Assembly: GCA_963678315.1 (NCBI GenBank)
Contig: OY782781.1
Location: 192,001-256,000, forward strand
Direction: 5' to 3'
Length of the DNA stretch: 64,000 bases
From: Candidatus Cloacimonadales bacterium
GTDB lineage: Bacteria > Cloacimonadota > Cloacimonadia > Cloacimonadales > JAFGVF01
Shown: positions 58,833-64,000 of the stretch, piece by piece
How the letters are laid out: the number at the start of each line of letters is the position of its first letter
Position numbering within the stretch: the stretch's first letter is position 1
Made by a program: the position numbers and the translations under genes
Notes under the pieces: model-generated
Told to the model about the DNA's origin: nothing
Database searches by the model: none
The model's input: the letters and a program-made list of their open reading frames with translations, nothing else

Positions 58833-59091
58833 AATAAGTGAGGAGTGAGTCAATGTAGAAACGAACGGACCTTCGTCTAAATTCTCTTTTTTCTGAAAAT
58901 TGAATGGCACAATTTACTGCTCTTTTATTTCTTCTTTAGCATGTACTTACATGCTAAAGCCGGCAGGGACGCCGGCACTCCGACTTTGCAGGATACCCAG
59001 AAATACTTTCGCAAGCAGGTACTTGCAATCCAATCCAATCCAAAATACAAAATTCATCCTTATCAATTATTAATTATGCATTAATATATCA

Positions 59092-61623
59092 TCAATCAAT
59101 CTTTACAACTTTAGATAAAGAAGAATTACTCTCTCCTTCAACCTTCAAGAAGTATATTCCTGATGATAGCTTTGGTAAGTTGAGATTAAGCTTGTTCGAT
59201 TTATTATTTAATAATACTTCTTTAGAATATACCTTTTGTCCTTTCAAATTATACAAAGCAACTTGGCTCTTTTGGATATTGCTTGCTTTAATTTCAACAG
59301 CTATCTTATCTTTAAAAGGATTAGGGTAGGCTTCAATTTGAATATCATTAACAATCTCAGGGTTATCGTTTGATGTCAAAGGAACATTAAGATGGACAAG
59401 ATCTTCAGGGAAAGAACCATAAGTTTGACCAGGTTCGATTACTAAATGTTGTAACAGAATTTCTTCTGTATAGCCTTGAGGTAAAAGTTTAAATTGAACT
59501 TCAACTAAGCTTAAAGGAACTTGGCAGACCATTGAAATTGCAGTATAGAAATCACCTTCATGATTAATATCTACAACTCTGGCTGCACCTAAACATTGGT
59601 CATTATAAAATGCTCCTATATAATGCTCACCAGGGTTCAATTCTAGTGAGTTAGTAAATAATTGAGCATTTATCACAGCAGAATTGTTTGGGTAAATAGT
59701 AATATCCCAAGGAATACCATCTCTTGTTTGGCATACTCTTTGACCTGTACTATAAACTAAATTACAGTCTTCAGATACTTGCATCCAATAGCCTTTACCA
59801 GCTTGCATACTATTCATAGAATTAAATTCAGGAATATTCTGTGGAGAATATATTGTAGTTTCATCTTTAACTTGAACAAGATATTCACTTATTGAGTTTA
59901 AAGCTGTCTCAGGAGCTTGGTCTTCATTAGGCAAATAACCTACTAAGTTCCACCCACTTGTTAATGGAATAGAAGTTGATACATCGTATAAATCTCCACT
60001 TAATTCATGAGATTGACTTCCATTAATGTTTAGCCAGTATCCTTGAGCTGGACTAAGCTGGTTTAGAGTATTAAAATGAGAAGGGTTATCAGGTGAATAA
60101 ATTTGTGTTAAGTTCTTTAGTTCTACAATATCACTGTTAAAATCAGCAAAAACATTAGCTGGTTCTGTATTATCATAATCAATATTGTAACTGATTAGAT
60201 TCCAGCCATCGTTTAAGTCAAGGGTTAGACTGTTTGCTTCTGACCCGAAAACAACATCTAAGGAAGTAACAGCATCATTTGCAACTACAACATTGTCAAA
60301 TATTTGATCTTCATACCCTTCTGTAGATACCTTAACCTGATATGTACCTGCATTAATTGGTCTGTAATAATCGCCAAAATCAGGGTTTGTAGATACTTTA
60401 GTAACGTCAGTATCATGACCTACAAGTTCTATTGTAGCCTCAAGAGGATTACCTAAGTAGTCAGTTACATTACCTTGAAGCCCATACATAGCCTGCTCCA
60501 TATAAGCAAGTAAGGCATCTCTGTTGTAAGTCCAATATGCTGGAAGATCGTCTGACGGAACCTGTTTTGTCATAGATAATTCAATTGTAACTTCTCTAAT
60601 TCCCATAAAGTAATTAACATAGTCCTGTCTAGAACCATTAGCTTCATACCAGGCATAGCCATTAGTAATTCCATCATCATATCCATCAAGATAAGTTGAA
60701 GGAGCATCAGCGTGAACTTCATCAGCATATATTCTACTAACATACTGATACCAAGTATCATCAGGATGAAGGCTAGGAGTAGTATCCCAAGGATAGTTAA
60801 TAACTTCTTCACCATTATGAAGGTTAGCAGACATAACAATTCCTTTACCAGTCATAAAGTCTATTTGGGCTTGATTCTCAATAGATACAGGATTACCATC
60901 ACCAGTAGTGTTTGATAAAAAGTCTATGAAGTTCCTGTTAGGGTCAACATTATTGGCGAGATATCGTCGAGAATTAACAACTGTATCATCACTACCATAG
61001 TAAGTGCCGTCAGGATTTGACAGTGGATTAATCCATATTTCCATATTATTTATTAGGCTTGTAATATAGGTATCAGAATCATAGCTAGATAGTAATTCAT
61101 CTGCTAATCTAAGCAAAAGAATATAGGTAAGAAGTTCATCACCATGCATTTGACCGGTATAATAGAAGGCTGGTTCAGCTTCATCAACAGATACATTATC
61201 AGATATTTTTAGTACTAACAAGTCATGATTATCCTGCGAAGTACCTATATTGTGAAGACTACATATATTTGGATAGTCACTTGCGAATTGTTGCATCATT
61301 TCAACATAAACATCATAAGTAGGGTATTTATCCCAGCTTGACATTTCAGACAAAGAAGTTGCCATATTAAGGACATCTCTATCACTTTTAGGTAAATCTA
61401 ATTCTGTAATAGAGTAACCAAGTTCTTTGATTCTTTTTAATTCTTGAGGTAATGCGTAGCCATATAGAGTATTGTTAACTCTATTATCAATAGAAAATTC
61501 TTTAGTAAGTTGTGACATATCTTCAGGATTATCAATTTTGACAGATATATACTTTTCTGGTACTGCAAATAAAGCCATTGCAGTAGTTAAAAAGACTAAA
61601 AATAATGATAGCTTTAACTTCAT
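59092..61623 (-). CDS. Secreted M14 zinc carboxypeptidase with carboxypeptidase regulatory-like domain, duplicated 'GWNL..GYW' module and T9SS-like CTD
   Basis: 'MHGDE', 'NPDG', 'DPNRNF', 'NLHNG..NYPWD', 'TIELS'; CTD 'AYPNPF..LYNLKGQKV..SSGIYFLK'. Confidence 0.9.
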   Translation of the reverse strand: MKLKLSLFLVFLTTAMALFAVPEKYISVKIDNPEDMSQLTKEFSIDNRVNNTLYGYALPQELKRIKELGYSITELDLPKSDRDVLNMATSLSEMSSWDKYPTYDVYVEMMQQFASDYPNICSLHNIGTSQDNHDLLVLKISDNVSVDEAEPAFYYTGQMHGDELLTYILLLRLADELLSSYDSDTYITSLINNMEIWINPLSNPDGTYYGSDDTVVNSRRYLANNVDPNRNFIDFLSNTTGDGNPVSIENQAQIDFMTGKGIVMSANLHNGEEVINYPWDTTPSLHPDDTWYQYVSRIYADEVHADAPSTYLDGYDDGITNGYAWYEANGSRQDYVNYFMGIREVTIELSMTKQVPSDDLPAYWTYNRDALLAYMEQAMYGLQGNVTDYLGNPLEATIELVGHDTDVTKVSTNPDFGDYYRPINAGTYQVKVSTEGYEDQIFDNVVVANDAVTSLDVVFGSEANSLTLDLNDGWNLISYNIDYDNTEPANVFADFNSDIVELKNLTQIYSPDNPSHFNTLNQLSPAQGYWLNINGSQSHELSGDLYDVSTSIPLTSGWNLVGYLPNEDQAPETALNSISEYLVQVKDETTIYSPQNIPEFNSMNSMQAGKGYWMQVSEDCNLVYSTGQRVCQTRDGIPWDITIYPNNSAVINAQLFTNSLELNPGEHYIGAFYNDQCLGAARVVDINHEGDFYTAISMVCQVPLSLVEVQFKLLPQGYTEEILLQHLVIEPGQTYGSFPEDLVHLNVPLTSNDNPEIVNDIQIEAYPNPFKDKIAVEIKASNIQKSQVALYNLKGQKVYSKEVLLNNKSNKLNLNLPKLSSGIYFLKVEGESNSSLSKVVKID

Positions 61624-61822
61624 AGACACTCCTAGCGTTAGTAAATTATTTACAAATAGTTATATAATTCTTATGCTTGTCAAGATAATTCACTGCCTGA
61701 AGCAAATAGTGAATAATATTTCAAGAAAGAAAAACTAGAGCTTGAATTAAGCAGCAAGAAAAAATAACTTGCCAGTTATACATCTTATAGCAAGCTGTAA
61801 TAAAAGATTTTTAGGAAGAGAT

Positions 61823-63430
61823 ATGATTGATAGATGGAGTTACAGAGCCTTAGATATTAGCCATATAATTGAAAGAGTAGAAGTATATTCTGACTTAGGT
61901 AAGAATAGAAGAAAGAACTTTGTTCCCTTCAATTCAACATCTATAGAAGATATAAGACAATATCATTCACGCCTTGCTCAAGTAGTGGAATTATCAGCAG
62001 ATAAAATCCTCGTTGATAAGTTAAAATCTGAGTTAATGCATGTTAAGGCTATTCATAGAAGCATTGATTCACTGGGAGAAGAGCTTGAGGTTTTTGAGAT
62101 ATTTGAGGTAAAACAGTTCTGCTATTTCTATAATAGAATATCAAAACTTCTTAAATCAAGCAACTTTAAGAACATAGATAAATTTGTATCTTTAGAGAAT
62201 ATTTTTAACTTCTTAGACCCAGAAAATCATGGCACTCCTTCATTTAATATAAGCTCTTCTTTTTCTCAAGACCTGCATCAAGTAAGAGAAAAGATTGCCC
62301 TCAAGTCAAAAGAAAAAAAGCTTCTACTTAATAAATATAAACTTGAAATAAAGCAAGCTCTTAACATACAGAATGCTGAGGATAAAGTAACAGTTTCTAG
62401 GTATAATACTGATATGAAAAACAAGCTTGAAGAATCAGGTTATTACGTTGTTTCAGATGAGAACTTTGCTAATACAATCTATTCTTTGAAACTCCCAGAA
62501 ACAATCATAAACATGGATATTGAGCTAAATTCTTTGCTTATTGAACAAGAGAAGATTGCCGAAGAAGTTCTAAAGTATATATCTAAAGAATTATATAACT
62601 ACAAAGACAATCTTATCAAAGCAATAGAAGTTTTAGCTGATTTTGATGATATGCTTGGTAAGGCTGTTTTTGCAAGAAAATATTCTTGTGTAATCCCTGA
62701 GATAAAGCAAGACAAAGTTAGTTTTGATAATGCTATAAATATACCTACCTATGAAGCCCTTAAAAGGGTAAATATTAAATATCAAAAGATTTCTTTAGAT
62801 ATGCCTTATTCGATGAATATCATTGTTGGAGCTAATATGGCAGGTAAATCTACAGCCTTAGTTACTCTCGGACAGTTGGCATATCTTACTCAGTATGGAT
62901 TCCCTGTTCCAGCAAGTAAATGCCAAATTCCATTGTTTGATTTTATTATGTTCAGTGGTGATGAAGCTAATCAAAAAAGTATTGATTTAAGCTCTTTTGG
63001 TAAAGAGATTGTTAGAGTAAACTCTTATCTCAACAGGCAAGGAAAGGGTCTTTTCTTGATTGATGAGTTTGCCAGAGGAACTAATCCTAAAGAAGGGAAT
63101 GCCCTTTCAAAAGCTCTGTTTGAAGAACTAAAATCTAAAGACTGCTTTTCATTCTGTGCTACTCACTTCAATTCCCCTCTTACAATTTCAGAAATTGGAC
63201 TATTTGCTATCCCGGGAATTACTGAAGAGGACTTTTTAGAAATACGACAAGAGAATCAAGAGCATCCTGAAAATAGACTAAAAGCTCTTCATAAGAAAAT
63301 GAAGTATGAGATTGTGAAGGTTACCCAGAATACTAAAACACCTCAGGCTGGAATAATGATTGCTGAACTTTTAGGTATAGATAGCAAAATCATTTCAAAA
63401 GCCAAAGCATTTATTGATAATGAGAGATAA
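61823..63430 (+). CDS. MutS domain V ATPase lacking mismatch-binding and Smr domains (KamC-like)
   Basis: 'GANMAGKS', 'LSSFGKE', 'LIDEFARGTNPKEG', 'ATHF'; start set to ATG 61823. Confidence 0.8.
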   Translation: MIDRWSYRALDISHIIERVEVYSDLGKNRRKNFVPFNSTSIEDIRQYHSRLAQVVELSADKILVDKLKSELMHVKAIHRSIDSLGEELEVFEIFEVKQFCYFYNRISKLLKSSNFKNIDKFVSLENIFNFLDPENHGTPSFNISSSFSQDLHQVREKIALKSKEKKLLLNKYKLEIKQALNIQNAEDKVTVSRYNTDMKNKLEESGYYVVSDENFANTIYSLKLPETIINMDIELNSLLIEQEKIAEEVLKYISKELYNYKDNLIKAIEVLADFDDMLGKAVFARKYSCVIPEIKQDKVSFDNAINIPTYEALKRVNIKYQKISLDMPYSMNIIVGANMAGKSTALVTLGQLAYLTQYGFPVPASKCQIPLFDFIMFSGDEANQKSIDLSSFGKEIVRVNSYLNRQGKGLFLIDEFARGTNPKEGNALSKALFEELKSKDCFSFCATHFNSPLTISEIGLFAIPGITEEDFLEIRQENQEHPENRLKALHKKMKYEIVKVTQNTKTPQAGIMIAELLGIDSKIISKAKAFIDNER

Positions 63431-63510
63431 TAACTAAGTTCTCATTTTACTTGACAGCACAACAAGGCTTTAGGAATTTAATATAAAAGATAAATTTTGG
63501 AGGAAATCCC

Positions 63511-64000
63511 ATGTCAATTAAAAAACTTGATCACATGTTTACTGCTTTACAGAATAAGGAAAAGAAAAGATTAGTAGGTGCCTACACTGTTGATGGTCAC
63601 TCAGTTGGAGCTATCAGTAAGGCTGTAGATTTAGGTATTATCGACGCTACTCTCGTTGGAGATATTGATCTTATAAAGGCTACATGTGAAGAAGAAAACA
63701 TTGATATTAATAAGTTTGAAATAATAGATGAAAAAGTTGATACCGTGGCAGCAATGAAAGCATGTGCATATATCAATGAAGGCAAAGGCGACCTTATTAT
63801 GAAAGGTCTTCTTGGAACTGATAAATACATGAGAGCTCTCTTAAACAAGCAAAATGGTTTAATGAGCCAGGGAGCTATGCTTTCTCACTTATCAGTGATG
63901 GAAATCCCTAGTTATCATAAACTTCTTGTTGTATCTGATGTTGCTATTATTCCACTTCCAGATTTAAAACAAAAGATTGCTATCACAAATAATGTTATCA
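63511..64000 (+). CDS. ptb: Phosphate butyryl/acyl-transferase (partial, runs off the right edge)
   Basis: Hand translation from ATG 63511 (GGAGG SD): 'GDLIMKGLLGTDKYMRALL..LSH..EIPSYHKLLVVSDVAIIPLPDLKQK'. Confidence 0.85.
   Translation, partial: MSIKKLDHMFTALQNKEKKRLVGAYTVDGHSVGAISKAVDLGIIDATLVGDIDLIKATCEEENIDINKFEIIDEKVDTVAAMKACAYINEGKGDLIMKGLLGTDKYMRALLNKQNGLMSQGAMLSHLSVMEIPSYHKLLVVSDVAIIPLPDLKQKIAITNNVI

Noticed and set aside
58905..58920. sigma54 promoter TGGCACAATTTACTGC
   Set aside because: Spacing is 11 nt, and it lies between convergent genes
61769..63430. mutS or mutS2
   Set aside because: Too short, with no mismatch-recognition or Smr domain
293..63848. Short antisense or nested ORFs in the track (e.g. 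293-514, 5838-6080, 27940-28245, 34046-34348, 53593-53955, 63597-63848)
   Set aside because: Shadows of longer, well-supported genes, with no motifs or SD

Overview
AT-rich bacterial chromosomal window. The lineage is probably Cloacimonadota or another FCB-group anaerobe; this is inferred from secreted proteins with 'YPNPF..IYN.KGQ.V' FlgD-Ig/T9SS-like C-terminal domains, a PorV-family gene and a ferredoxin-fused EtfA. Most genes are housekeeping or metabolic: tldD/tldE, an rRNA methyltransferase, htpG, etfA, queE, recO, an NFACT protein, tsaD, mscS, dinG, murB, trxA, a MutS-V/KamC-like ATPase and a partial ptb. The centre is a ~21 kb minus-strand cassette: a giant acidic Ig-repeat surface protein (~5,890 aa once a single-base frameshift near 32552 is repaired), then a PorV-family barrel, then a PorE-like TPR/PD40/OmpA protein. 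The cassette has a candidate 17-aa leader peptide ending RGAP-stop, is bracketed by near-identical ~205-bp direct repeats, and is divergent from a 1422-aa NTPase-TPR-GAF-sigma54 activator. The long intergenic regions are mosaics of several palindromic REP-like families, including a 7-copy tandem hairpin array. I recognised no rRNA, tRNA, CRISPR array, transposase or integrase. All calls come from reading motifs by eye; no searches were run.
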